This document shows, piece by piece, positions 29,289 through 38,748 of a DNA stretch of 64,000 nt. The notes under the pieces were generated by a model. It worked only from the letters and a program-made list of their open reading frames with translations. It had not been told where the DNA came from and did not search any database. The stretch comes from Verrucomicrobiota bacterium (lineage in GTDB: Bacteria > Verrucomicrobiota > Verrucomicrobiia > Chthoniobacterales > JAFAMB01): contig JAFBAP010000036.1 of NCBI GenBank assembly GCA_019247695.1, positions 27,086 through 91,085 of the forward strand. Reading direction: 5' to 3'. The position numbers and the translations under genes were made by a program. Positions within the stretch are counted from its first letter, which is position 1; each line of letters begins with the position of its first letter.

Positions 29289-31412
29289 ATGAGATTCAGC
29301 CTCTTGCCTCTCGTGTGCATCCTGGCGGCTTCGGTCGCATGGGGCGAAAACAATTTTTTCAACCCTGGCATCCGGTCGGCGCACCAGGGTGAAATCATAT
29401 ACCTGCTCATGCCTGACCGGTTCAACCATGCAGATCCGACCCGGAACCAGGCACAGCCGGATTCAGGGGAGCCGGCTCAAAGCGGATTCGACCCGGCAAA
29501 TCCGCGTTGTTACCATGGGGGTGATCTTCGCGGGATCGATGCAAAACTCAATTACCTCAATCATCTGGGAGTGTCTTCGATCTGGATGACCCCCATCTTC
29601 CGGAATCGAGCGGTGCAGGAGGCTGAGGGCCGCGTTCCGCTCAAGACAGGCTACCATGGCTATTGGATACTGGATTTTACGGATGTTGATCCTCACTTTG
29701 GATCAAAGCAGCTCCTTCGACAGCTTATCTCAGATTCAGCGGCGCACGGGATAGGTATCATCCTCGACATCGTCGTTAACCATACCGCAGACGTGATCCA
29801 GCCGAAAAACGGAGTTCACGCCTACCAATATAAATTTTCGAAACCGTACCTGGATGCGAATGGACAGCCGTTCGACGATCGCAGTTACATCAACAAACCC
29901 GATTTTCCGAAGCTCGATCCTTCCATCAGTTTCCCGGTCCCTCCGGCTTTCAACGATGAGGCTGACCGTACGATCAAGAAGCCCGATTGGTTGAATGATC
30001 CGACCGTCTACCATAATCGAGGTGACGCATCAGGTAGCGGGGAGAGCGACCAATACGGCGATATTGCCGGTCTGGATGATTTGTTTACCGAGCAACCGCG
30101 CGTCGTCCAGGGAATGATCGATATTTACAGTGACTGGGTAAGGCATTTCGCGATTGCAGGATTCCGTTTGGACACGGTCAAACACGTCAATGACGAGTTC
30201 TGGCAGCGGTTTGTTCCCGCCATGCAGGACGTCGCGGCAGAAGCCGGTCGCAAAAACTTTTTTATTTTCGGTGAAGTCTATAATCCCGACCCGGCTGTCC
30301 TTTCCGAGTTCGTGCATCGGGCCGGCATTCCCGCGGTGCTGGATTTCGGATTTCAACGGGCCGCGGCCGGCTTTGCGAGTGGAATAGACGCCCCCCGCAA
30401 GCTGGCCGAGTTTTTCGCCAAAGACGGTTATTACACAACGCCGTCTGCAAACGCGTACGGGTTGGTCACCTTTCTCAGCAACCACGACATCGGGCGAATC
30501 GGTCACTTTCTGGTGAACGATCTCTCGACGGCGCCGGACGAAGAACTGCTGGCGCGCGACGTCCTGGCGCATGCCTTGTTATTTTTTACCCGGGGCATCC
30601 CCTGCCTTTACTACGGTGACGAGCAGGGATTTACCGGCCGCGGGGGTGATGCGCTCGCTCGAGAGGATATGTTCGGGTCAAAAGTGCCGGACTTTGCGGG
30701 AGAAAAGAGGATCGGGGGCGGTGACGGGGCCGCACCGGCGTTCAACGAGGATCACCCGCTCTTTCGCGCCATCCGGGAAATGATTTCCGTCCGGCGAAAG
30801 CATCCGGCCTTGGAAAGCGGCATCCAGATCGTGCGGTGCGCGGACGATCGTCCGGGCATCTTCGCCGTTTCCCGGATTGACCGGGGTCAGCGCAAGGAGG
30901 TGGTAGCAGCTTTCAACAACTCAGGGGAGACGCACAAAACGGTTATCAAAACATCCTCTCCATCCGGAGGCTGGGAACGCGTTTACGCCGGTGCGCCGGC
31001 AGGAACCAACTTCGCCGCTCGTCCCGACAACCAACTTTACATCGAACTGGGGCCGTGGTCAGTCCTGGTGTTAGGAAACGCCGAAACGATTGACACCGGG
31101 CCGAAACAACCCGGCGAATTGCATTTGGAAGCAACTCGAAACGGCGACCTCGAAGACCATTGGGAGATCAAAGCTGAATTCGTTCCGGACCAGATCGCCT
31201 CGGTTGCATTTGGCGTCCGGGCAAAAGGCGAAGCGGATTACAAGTTCCTTGGCACGGCCGATACGGCCCCGTACCGGGTGTTTCCGGCGTGGGACGTCAT
31301 TCCCAATACGCCTGAACTCGAGTTCAAGGCCATTGCGCACGACCTGTCCGGGAACGAGTTAACGGCAGAGTTTGAATGGCGTCGCCGTGTCCCCCGGGGT
31401 TCCGGCCGGTGA
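29289..31412 (+). CDS. Alpha-amylase-family glycoside hydrolase (GH13), secreted
   Basis: All four GH13 regions are present: DIVVNHT, GFRLDTVKHV, FIFGEVY and FLSNHD. The signal-like start MRFSLLPLVCILAASVAWG is at ATG 29289. Confidence 0.9.
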   Translation: MRFSLLPLVCILAASVAWGENNFFNPGIRSAHQGEIIYLLMPDRFNHADPTRNQAQPDSGEPAQSGFDPANPRCYHGGDLRGIDAKLNYLNHLGVSSIWMTPIFRNRAVQEAEGRVPLKTGYHGYWILDFTDVDPHFGSKQLLRQLISDSAAHGIGIILDIVVNHTADVIQPKNGVHAYQYKFSKPYLDANGQPFDDRSYINKPDFPKLDPSISFPVPPAFNDEADRTIKKPDWLNDPTVYHNRGDASGSGESDQYGDIAGLDDLFTEQPRVVQGMIDIYSDWVRHFAIAGFRLDTVKHVNDEFWQRFVPAMQDVAAEAGRKNFFIFGEVYNPDPAVLSEFVHRAGIPAVLDFGFQRAAAGFASGIDAPRKLAEFFAKDGYYTTPSANAYGLVTFLSNHDIGRIGHFLVNDLSTAPDEELLARDVLAHALLFFTRGIPCLYYGDEQGFTGRGGDALAREDMFGSKVPDFAGEKRIGGGDGAAPAFNEDHPLFRAIREMISVRRKHPALESGIQIVRCADDRPGIFAVSRIDRGQRKEVVAAFNNSGETHKTVIKTSSPSGGWERVYAGAPAGTNFAARPDNQLYIELGPWSVLVLGNAETIDTGPKQPGELHLEATRNGDLEDHWEIKAEFVPDQIASVAFGVRAKGEADYKFLGTADTAPYRVFPAWDVIPNTPELEFKAIAHDLSGNELTAEFEWRRRVPRGSGR

Positions 31413-31470
31413 TGCCATTGCTCGGGCAAGGAGGCAGGTTCCTTGGGTCCGGGCCCGGCCTGAAGCGGAA

Positions 31471-32310
31471 TCATCTGCTCGGTCCGGTCGCGCCGTGATG
31501 GCCGAAATGGCATAACCGCGCCTCATTCGGGCGATGGCCGTCGAGCGCGCCTAACCGTAAAAACAAGACTGCAAAGGCGGCACCCAGGCCAGGGCCGATC
31601 CAGTATACCCACCAGCCCTGCCACAGCCAGGCGGCCAGTTCCGGCCCGAAAGATCGTGCGGGGTTGGCACTGGCGCCGGACAGGGGCGCCTCAAGCCAGG
31701 TGAGTACGGCGAAGAGCGGGGGATTGACCAACGGCGTGAAAGGCTGGGTCGCCTTGTGCGCCGCGCAGATAAAAATCAGGAACACCAGCAGGAACGTGCA
31801 GACGGCCTCGCCGCCAACGGGGAGCCACTCCGGTACACCGTTCGCCGGCAGGGAGGCGCCCCAGTTGGCGCTGGCCCCCGAGGCCTTCCAGACAACGACG
31901 AGTGCCGCCGCGCCAATCGCCCCGCCGAACAACTGCGCCAGCACGTAGCAGACCGCATCCCGCCATTGGATTTTGCCTTCGAGCCAGAAAGCAAAGGTCA
32001 TGGCCGGGTTGATGTGTGCGCCGCTCATTCTTCCGATCTTCGAAAAGGCAATGGCTGCACCGACGCTGCCGAACAGGAGTCCATTGAGAAAACGGCGCGG
32101 GCCGGGTTGGATCGGCAACCCGGCCAGGGGCGCGCCATGTCCCCAAAGCGCGATGACGAGAGAGAGCCCCACAAACACCAACAACGCAGTGCCAACCAGT
32201 TCCGCCGCGTACATTCGGGGATGCAGTTTGTCGTGCGGAAATGGCTTACCACGGAGCGGCCGATCCTGTCTGACCTCGCCCGGCTGGGAAGCCGTACTGA
32301 CCTTATCCAT
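31471..32310 (-). CDS. Aquaporin/MIP-family channel
   Basis: It has two NPA boxes (SGAHINPAMTFA and SGASANPARSFGP) and 6 hydrophobic segments. An alternative start is MYAAELVG at 32214. Confidence 0.9.
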   Translation of the reverse strand: MDKVSTASQPGEVRQDRPLRGKPFPHDKLHPRMYAAELVGTALLVFVGLSLVIALWGHGAPLAGLPIQPGPRRFLNGLLFGSVGAAIAFSKIGRMSGAHINPAMTFAFWLEGKIQWRDAVCYVLAQLFGGAIGAAALVVVWKASGASANWGASLPANGVPEWLPVGGEAVCTFLLVFLIFICAAHKATQPFTPLVNPPLFAVLTWLEAPLSGASANPARSFGPELAAWLWQGWWVYWIGPGLGAAFAVLFLRLGALDGHRPNEARLCHFGHHGATGPSR

Positions 32311-32512
32311 ATGAATCGGAATCGCTTGACCTTACCTAATGGGTTTACCTGATTCCGATGCCGATGCCTGCCGGACTTCACGGCGTTGTTCGCCGCCGGC
32401 ACCCACGCATCCTCCCGGCGCAAAAACCACCCGGAAGGGCACGGGCTAAAAACCACGCCGTCCCTCGGCCGCAGCTGCCAGGCACGAGCGGGGCGTCTGC
32501 CGCCGGCTTTCC

Positions 32513-32863
32513 TCAACTCAAAACCAGCATTGTCGAGGGGTTATGGGGATGGCCGTCGATGATGGCCACCGGCGTCGGACGGTCGTCGGCCGGCCTGCTG
32601 ACTTTAGCCGAAACGCCGTTGCCTTCGCTTTGTGAGAAGCAACTGCGGATCCCGCAACCAGAAAAGACCCCGTCCGCGTCGCCTGCCTCACGATGGGCCT
32701 TCACCACCGCAAGGTAAGACCTAGATGACTGGGTGTAGAAAGAGCGGCTCGCCGATGCTTGCGCTTCGATCGGATCCCTTACGCTCACGGACGCTGCACT
32801 TAAGAGGAGCGCAACTGCGGCAAGGAAACGGGCGTTCTGTGAGTGGTGGATGGGTCGCATCAA
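32513..32863 (-). CDS. Hypothetical small secreted protein
   Basis: 116-aa ORF with a signal-like N-terminus (ARFLAAVALLLSAASVSV). I recognise no family. Support is weak. Confidence 0.3.
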   Translation of the reverse strand: MMRPIHHSQNARFLAAVALLLSAASVSVRDPIEAQASASRSFYTQSSRSYLAVVKAHREAGDADGVFSGCGIRSCFSQSEGNGVSAKVSRPADDRPTPVAIIDGHPHNPSTMLVLS

Positions 32864-33088
32864 GGATTACAAAGCGATCCGGCCGCCAAAGTTTCGAAGT
32901 TGCTGGTGCGTTTTGCTTTCTTTTACTTTTCGTTAGCCTTATTGAAAGTCCTTGGGTAGTCGTTGCGTTTCGGCCGCTTCAAGCGCGCTACGCAAGAGTG
33001 TCGTACCGCAGAAGCGGCCCGGAGCTGCGCTAGAGGCAGAAGTTTGCAGCGTAGCCGACTTGCAGCGAAGCAAACCTGGAGGCATCCC

Positions 33089-36000
33089 ATGCAATCCGAC
33101 GCACCCGCTAAAATCACTATGGGCGAAGGACCGCGCGATTGTCCGACTTGCGGTACGCCTTATCCCGAGGGAAGCGCTGATACCGGCTGTCCCGTGTGCC
33201 TGTTTCGGCGAACCCTTGATCTCGAGTCCGAAACGAAGATCAACGCACCAGGGGATGGATTGTCGCCGGACGATGGTGACGGTTTCGACCATTACGAACT
33301 CGCGCGACGCGAGGACGGCAGCCTGGATGAACTGGGCCGGGGCGCCATGGGCATCACTTACAGGGCCTTCGATACCGTTTTAGGCCACGCCGTCGCCCTG
33401 AAGGTCCTGGATGCCCACATCGCTGCCGACCCTGCCGCCCAGGCCCGTTTCCTCCGGGAAGCCCGTGCCGCTGCGCGCCTGCGGCACCCAAACATCGCCT
33501 CCGTCTTTTACTACGGGGTACGCCCGAGCGATGGCCAATGTTTCTATGCCATGGAACTTATCGAGGGCGAAACGCTGCAGGCCCGCCTCCGCCGCGAAGG
33601 GCCGTTACCGCTGCCCGTTGCCCTGGAAATCACTCGCCAGGTCACGCGGGCGCTGGCCGCGGCCGATGCTCAGGGCCTGGTACACCGCGACCTGAAGCCC
33701 TCAAATCTGATGCTGGCCAAAGGGCCGGAGTTTAGCGTCAGGATTATCGATTTTGGTTTGGCCAAAGCGGTGGCCGCTGCTGAGGAGTCCGACCTGACTC
33801 ATGGGGGTTTCGTGGGGACGCCTGTCTTCGCCAGCCCGGAGCAATTCACGAGCGGCGGCGTAGACGTCCGTGCGGACCTTTATTCGTTGGGCGTTACCCT
33901 TTGGGAGATGCTGACCGGCGAGGCACCGTTCCAGGGATCCCGGGCGGCTTTGATGCAACAGCATTTGCGCGCGCCCTTACCCCTCGACCAACTCAAAGGC
34001 GTCCCGCAGCCGGTGTGTCTTTTGCTGCAAACGCTCCTGGAGAAAGACCCGGCGCGGCGGCTCCAGACTCCGGACGACCTCCTGCAGGCATTGCCGAAGA
34101 TCACGGGCGCGATTGAAGCCGGGCGCAGCCTGGCGCGCCACGATTTGCACAGGGCGCCCTCGGCCGATCGCGCAGCCGTCGCAGCCGTTACCCGCCGGCC
34201 GCCGCCACGGCGCGGTCCAAAAAAGATTTCGATCGCCCGGTTGCCGGTTACGGGAAGGGAGATGTTTGGCCGCGAAGAAGATCTCGCGTTCCTGGAGGCG
34301 GCCTGGGCGGACCCTCATGTAAATGCCGTGACGGTCGTGGCCTGGGCGGGCGTCGGCAAATCCACGCTGGTTAACCATTGGCTCCGGCGAATGGCGGCCG
34401 AACGCTACCGTTCTGCCGAAGTTGTCTTCGGCTGGTCCTTTTACCGCCAGGGGACCAGCGGAGACGCTTCGTCTGCGGATGAATTTGTGGACGCGGCCCT
34501 GGCGTGGTTTGGTGACCGCGACCCCCGGCTCGGCTCCGCGTGGGAAAAAGGTGAACGCCTCGCCGGCCTGATTGCGCAACGCCGCACTTTACTGGTGCTG
34601 GACGGTCTCGAACCGCTCCAGAATCCGCCCGGTTCGCAGGAAGGGCGCCTGCGTGATCCCGCGCTCCAGGCGCTTCTGCGCGACCTTGCTGCGTTCAACC
34701 GGGGCCTGTGCGTGATTACCACGCGGCTGCCGGTTGCTGATATCGCCGATCACGAGGGCATCTCCGCTTTACGCCGTAACCTGGACTACCTTTCCGACGA
34801 GGCCGGGGCGCAGCTGCTGCGGGCGGTGGGCGTCAAAGGGCCAGAGGCCGAGCTGCGACAGGCCAGTGACGAATTCCGCGGCCATTGCCTGGCGCTCACC
34901 CTTCTGGGCAGCTACCTGACCGACGCTTATAATGGAGAGATTCGTTGCCGCGACGAGGTCTCCAACCGCCTGGCGCACGATGTGCGCCAGGGCGCCCATG
35001 CCCGGAAGGTGATGGCCTCCTATCAAGGCTGGTTCGGCGAGGGTGCGGAGCTGTCGGTGCTGCGTCTGCTCGGCCTGTTCGACCGGCCCGCAGACGCAAA
35101 AGCGCTCGAGGCCGTGCAGAAACCGCCGGCCATGCCGGGACTGACCGAAGGCTTGAGCGACCTGAGTCCGACCGAGTGGCGAACGATCCTGGCCAAGTTA
35201 AGAAGGGCACGGTTGCTGGCTGAGGAAGACCCGCACCGGCCCGGGCACCTGGACACCCATCCCCTGGTTCGTGAGTACTTTGGTGACCAGCTGCGGACCC
35301 AGCACATCGAGGCCTGGCGGGAAGGCAATCGGCGGCTCTATCTCCACTATCAGACGCTGGCGCCGCCACTGCCGGACACTTTCCGGGATATGGAGCCATT
35401 GTTCCTGGCCGTCACCTGCGGTTGCCAGGCCGGGTTGATGCGCGACGCCCTGCACCAGATCTACCTGCCGCGGATCCAACGGGGAGCCACCGCCTTCGCG
35501 GCAAATGTCCTCGGAGCCAGGGGCGCATCGCTCTCGGTTTTAGCCCAATTTTTTGAACAGGGCCATTGGGGTTCACCGGTGGCGACGGGCGTCGAAGGGC
35601 AAAGCCTAACCGCAGAAGACGAACTTTTCATCCTCATGCAGGCAGGCCTCCTTCTGACGGCCACACGCGGGTTGCAAGCACCGGAGGCACGCATCTGCTA
35701 CGAGCGCGCGGAGTCCTTGTGTCATTCGCTCCATCGTCCCATGCAGCTCAATTCCGCGCTGCTGGGTCAGTGGCTATCTTCGCTTATCACCGACAAGCTG
35801 ACGGAGACGATGCAGATCGCCAAACGCGTTTACGCCCTCGCGCAGAAGCAGAATGACCCTGTGTTAATGCTTGGAGCCCAACGCGCCTTGGCCGGCACAT
35901 TTTACTACATGGGCGACTTTGAGGCCGCACGAGAACATGCGATGCATGCCATCCAGATCTGGCGCTCCGGAGCCGTGGCCTCTCCGGTCGAGGAGCTTCA

Positions 36001-36736
36001 CTCACCCGCGGTTGTCAGTATGGTGTATAAGGCCCTCTGCGACTGGTGCTTTGGAGAGACCGCTTCTTGCCGGGCAACCATGGCCCAAGCGATCGACCTG
36101 GCGAGAGAATTGAAGAACACGACCGCGCTCGCCGCAGGCCTCTATTTCGCCGCGGCTCTGGGCCATCTTGAGCGCGATCCGGCTGAAGTGGAGCGCTTTG
36201 CATCGGATTTGATGGAACTGACCGCACATAACCGTCTTGGATTCTGGCCGGCTGGAGGGATGATTCTACGTGGTTGGGCGCGCAGCGCTTCCGGTGACAT
36301 CGCGGAAGGCATCGCCTGGATCGAGGAGGGCATACGGGCCTACCGGGCAACCGGTGTGAAGCTGACCATGCCCTACCTGCTAACATTAAAGGCGGAAGCG
36401 TTGCACCTCGCCGGTCATAGCGCCGGAGCGCTCGAGGCAATAGAGGAGGCCGACGTAGCGGTCGATGCGTTTGAGGAGCGCTGGTGGTGCGCTGAATTGC
36501 ATCGGCTTCGCGGGCTTTTTCTTGCCACCCTGGGTGCAGACGAGGCCCGGATTACGGCTTCGTTCTGCAATGCCGTGCAGATCGCAAAACGGCAAAGGTC
36601 GATCCCGCTGATGAATCGTGCCGAAGCGACTTACGCTGAATACCGTAGCCGAAAAGGGAGGAAGCATCCGGTTTTCACCCCGTCTGACGTCTTAACCTGC
36701 CATTTGCCGCGGCGTTCTCCGGGCGGGGAATGGTGA
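33089..36736 (+). CDS. Zn-ribbon / Ser-Thr protein kinase / STAND (NB-ARC/AAA-type) NTPase / TPR-like sensor protein, PknK/MalT-like (paralogue 1)
   Basis: ATG 33089 is preceded by ggagg. The Zn-ribbon is CPTCG..CPVC. Kinase motifs are LGRGAMGITY, VALKVL, HRDLKPSN, DFGLA and SPEQ. Walker A is GVGKST (34349-34366) and Walker B is LLVLDGLE. The C-terminal repeats end in CAELHRLRGLFL..IAKRQRS, as in MalT-like sensors. Confidence 0.9.
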   Translation: MQSDAPAKITMGEGPRDCPTCGTPYPEGSADTGCPVCLFRRTLDLESETKINAPGDGLSPDDGDGFDHYELARREDGSLDELGRGAMGITYRAFDTVLGHAVALKVLDAHIAADPAAQARFLREARAAARLRHPNIASVFYYGVRPSDGQCFYAMELIEGETLQARLRREGPLPLPVALEITRQVTRALAAADAQGLVHRDLKPSNLMLAKGPEFSVRIIDFGLAKAVAAAEESDLTHGGFVGTPVFASPEQFTSGGVDVRADLYSLGVTLWEMLTGEAPFQGSRAALMQQHLRAPLPLDQLKGVPQPVCLLLQTLLEKDPARRLQTPDDLLQALPKITGAIEAGRSLARHDLHRAPSADRAAVAAVTRRPPPRRGPKKISIARLPVTGREMFGREEDLAFLEAAWADPHVNAVTVVAWAGVGKSTLVNHWLRRMAAERYRSAEVVFGWSFYRQGTSGDASSADEFVDAALAWFGDRDPRLGSAWEKGERLAGLIAQRRTLLVLDGLEPLQNPPGSQEGRLRDPALQALLRDLAAFNRGLCVITTRLPVADIADHEGISALRRNLDYLSDEAGAQLLRAVGVKGPEAELRQASDEFRGHCLALTLLGSYLTDAYNGEIRCRDEVSNRLAHDVRQGAHARKVMASYQGWFGEGAELSVLRLLGLFDRPADAKALEAVQKPPAMPGLTEGLSDLSPTEWRTILAKLRRARLLAEEDPHRPGHLDTHPLVREYFGDQLRTQHIEAWREGNRRLYLHYQTLAPPLPDTFRDMEPLFLAVTCGCQAGLMRDALHQIYLPRIQRGATAFAANVLGARGASLSVLAQFFEQGHWGSPVATGVEGQSLTAEDELFILMQAGLLLTATRGLQAPEARICYERAESLCHSLHRPMQLNSALLGQWLSSLITDKLTETMQIAKRVYALAQKQNDPVLMLGAQRALAGTFYYMGDFEAAREHAMHAIQIWRSGAVASPVEELHSPAVVSMVYKALCDWCFGETASCRATMAQAIDLARELKNTTALAAGLYFAAALGHLERDPAEVERFASDLMELTAHNRLGFWPAGGMILRGWARSASGDIAEGIAWIEEGIRAYRATGVKLTMPYLLTLKAEALHLAGHSAGALEAIEEADVAVDAFEERWWCAELHRLRGLFLATLGADEARITASFCNAVQIAKRQRSIPLMNRAEATYAEYRSRKGRKHPVFTPSDVLTCHLPRRSPGGEW

Positions 36737-36779
36737 ATCATCAAGCCGGACTGCGTCCGCGCTATCCGGAGAGGGCCGG

Positions 36780-36914
36780 CAGTCTGGACTCGAGGCCCTG
36801 GGCCTGATGGTTGACGTGATCGTCCTGTGGAAGCCCATCTACGTGGAGGCGGCCGGCCCTGAGGACCGGTCTACGTTCCGGCCGCCCCTCCGGGGCAAAG
36901 GCGCTCAACCATCC
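36780..36914 (+). mobile_element. Possible relic of a Tn3-family transposase C-terminus (no start codon, about 45 codons)
   Basis: The + frame reads QSGLEALGLMVDVIVLWKPIYVEAAGPEDRSTF. This resembles the conserved LGALGLV.NA.VLWNT.Y..AA motif I recall near the C-terminus of Tn3-type TnpA. It is short and degenerate. Confidence 0.25.
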
Positions 36915-36983
36915 TGAGAAGAGGTGTAGGCTGTGCAGGACGTCAGCCACGCCCGCGTTCCAACTCCGAGGCAAACGGTCCCG

Positions 36984-38477
36984 TCAAGGCGTGCGCTGCC
37001 TTCCAAGGTTGGGACGAGCCGGCAGCACGTACGGCTTGGCAGCCGACGGAACGGTTTCCTTCAGCACTCTATGGCCGGATACGGTCACCGGCGTCATCAC
37101 GAGCGGGCGATGGAGACGAAAAATTGTCGCCATCAGGGCCATGTTGTTATCGCTCCAGATGCCGCCGTGGTCATTGATGATATGGGAGGGCACCCGCACG
37201 ATCCAAAACGGAACCCGGACGTTCCCGCCGTAACGATCGGGATTAACATCCCCGGCGTACCTGATCTGCCAGGACCTCCAGTCAGCAGCCGGGACGGCCG
37301 ACTCGGGACCTCCTCGCCTCATGGCCTGAGCGCCGGCTTCCGAATCTCGTGGGGCACTCGTATAAAACACGCGATCCTTGGGATTATGGAGTAAATCATA
37401 ATCGAACGCGTCACGGCCCTCCCCGGGTTTTGGGGCGTCAATAGGGGTGATGGCGTAATTTACCAAGTAGCGGTTATTCCCGGGCGTCGTCAGGGAGAAC
37501 TGACGCTCAGAGATGACGGCTCGTGGGGTTCCGTCCGCGTTCCGGCCGGGAATCGGCACTTGGTCCCACGCCCAATGGCCGCCAATCATACTGCCCAGCT
37601 TACTGCCCAGGGGAAACGTAAGCCCGGTTGCCCGATCATTGTCCGCCTGCAGTTCGACAACCGTAGGCTGGTTTTCGTTCAGAGGGGTGCCTCGGCCGTC
37701 CCTGGGTACATATTTGCGCGAGTGCGCATCGTACCAGTAGAGTGAGTCCAGGCTCGCGACCAGTTGCCGGGCCAGCACCGCGTCCGAGGCAGGGTTGAGA
37801 ATCAGCGCCAGGTCCCACGGCGGCTTGACGTTTTGGCCCTGGAGCGTGCGCACCGTATGCGCGACGGTCCGCTCAACGATCAGCCCTCCGAAAGAGTGAC
37901 CGATCAAGACGGTATAGCTTTGAGGACGCAACCGGGCCGCGCGGGAAAGTTGAAGGATGGCGTCCAGGCAGTCGCCATTGCTGGCGATACGCTCGGCGGT
38001 GCGCTTACGACCCCAGAAAGTGAAGGTATTGATAATCGGGACGCGAAGGCTTTCCCCCGGCCATCCGAAGTAGATGCCGACCACGTTGAGACGATTATGA
38101 ATCACTTGGCGCGTTTTGGCCAACCGGGTCAGGAAGCCGTCGAATCGACCGACGTCGGCTGAGGTCACGTCATTATGCCAGCCGTGAATATAGATCACCA
38201 GGAGGGGTCGCTCGGTGCGCTTGACCAAGTTAATGGCGTTCGACACCTCGTCGAGGGTAGGATCAGTGTACGAGCCGAATTCACCGAATTCGAGCACCGC
38301 GAGTTTGTGGTTAGCGTCATCGCGGAGGATGCTCCTCAAACCAGGGCCACCATAGCGTGCGGGGGGACGCGTTGCACACCCGGAGAGAACCAGGGCGACC
38401 ATCACCGCTGCGATCGTGAAGACGCCACCGTTCGGGGACCGCCACCGGGTTACCCATTGCGTTATCGGCGTGCTCAT
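36984..38477 (-). CDS. Lipoprotein alpha/beta hydrolase (putative lipase/esterase, DUF900-like)
   Basis: ATG 38477 gives MSTPITQ..AAVMVALVLSGCATR (lipobox LSGC). IYIHGWHND is the oxyanion region and LIGHSFGGLIV is the nucleophile elbow. The C-terminal approximately 250 aa are not recognised. Confidence 0.75.
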   Translation of the reverse strand: MSTPITQWVTRWRSPNGGVFTIAAVMVALVLSGCATRPPARYGGPGLRSILRDDANHKLAVLEFGEFGSYTDPTLDEVSNAINLVKRTERPLLVIYIHGWHNDVTSADVGRFDGFLTRLAKTRQVIHNRLNVVGIYFGWPGESLRVPIINTFTFWGRKRTAERIASNGDCLDAILQLSRAARLRPQSYTVLIGHSFGGLIVERTVAHTVRTLQGQNVKPPWDLALILNPASDAVLARQLVASLDSLYWYDAHSRKYVPRDGRGTPLNENQPTVVELQADNDRATGLTFPLGSKLGSMIGGHWAWDQVPIPGRNADGTPRAVISERQFSLTTPGNNRYLVNYAITPIDAPKPGEGRDAFDYDLLHNPKDRVFYTSAPRDSEAGAQAMRRGGPESAVPAADWRSWQIRYAGDVNPDRYGGNVRVPFWIVRVPSHIINDHGGIWSDNNMALMATIFRLHRPLVMTPVTVSGHRVLKETVPSAAKPYVLPARPNLGRQRTP

Positions 38478-38571
38478 GGGCGGATGTATACCAGGTTTTT
38501 GGGGGTAGGGGAATGGTTTCGACACCCGCTTGCCCCCGGTTTTTACCCGTCTCCCGCCAAACCGGGGATGC

Positions 38572-38592
38572 AATACGCATATCTACGTATTC
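38572..38592. promoter_or_regulatory. Candidate operator, copy A of a shared 21-nt imperfect palindrome (aatacgcatatctacgtattc)
   Basis: It lies in the divergent region between the hydrolase start (95 nt away) and the dioxygenase start (157 nt away). It is 17/21 identical to 50767-50787. The consensus is TACGCA-N4-TRCGTA. Confidence 0.35.
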
Positions 38593-38748
38593 TCAAGGTG
38601 TGGGGCATCCGGTATACCTCCGCTTCGAAGTTAGAGATCGCCCTGCGCGTTTGCACGGAGAAATACCGGTTTGCGCAAAACGGGCGTGCCTGCCATTCTG
38701 GAGCTTGATCGGAACGGAGCGACGGCTTGGTCAACAGGAACCGACAAA

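Noticed and set aside
32989-33005. A third copy of the TACGCA-N4-TRCGTA motif upstream of kinase 1 (tacgcaagagtgtcgta)
   Set aside because: Only the 4-nt outer arms match and the spacing differs by one or more nucleotides. This is compatible with chance.
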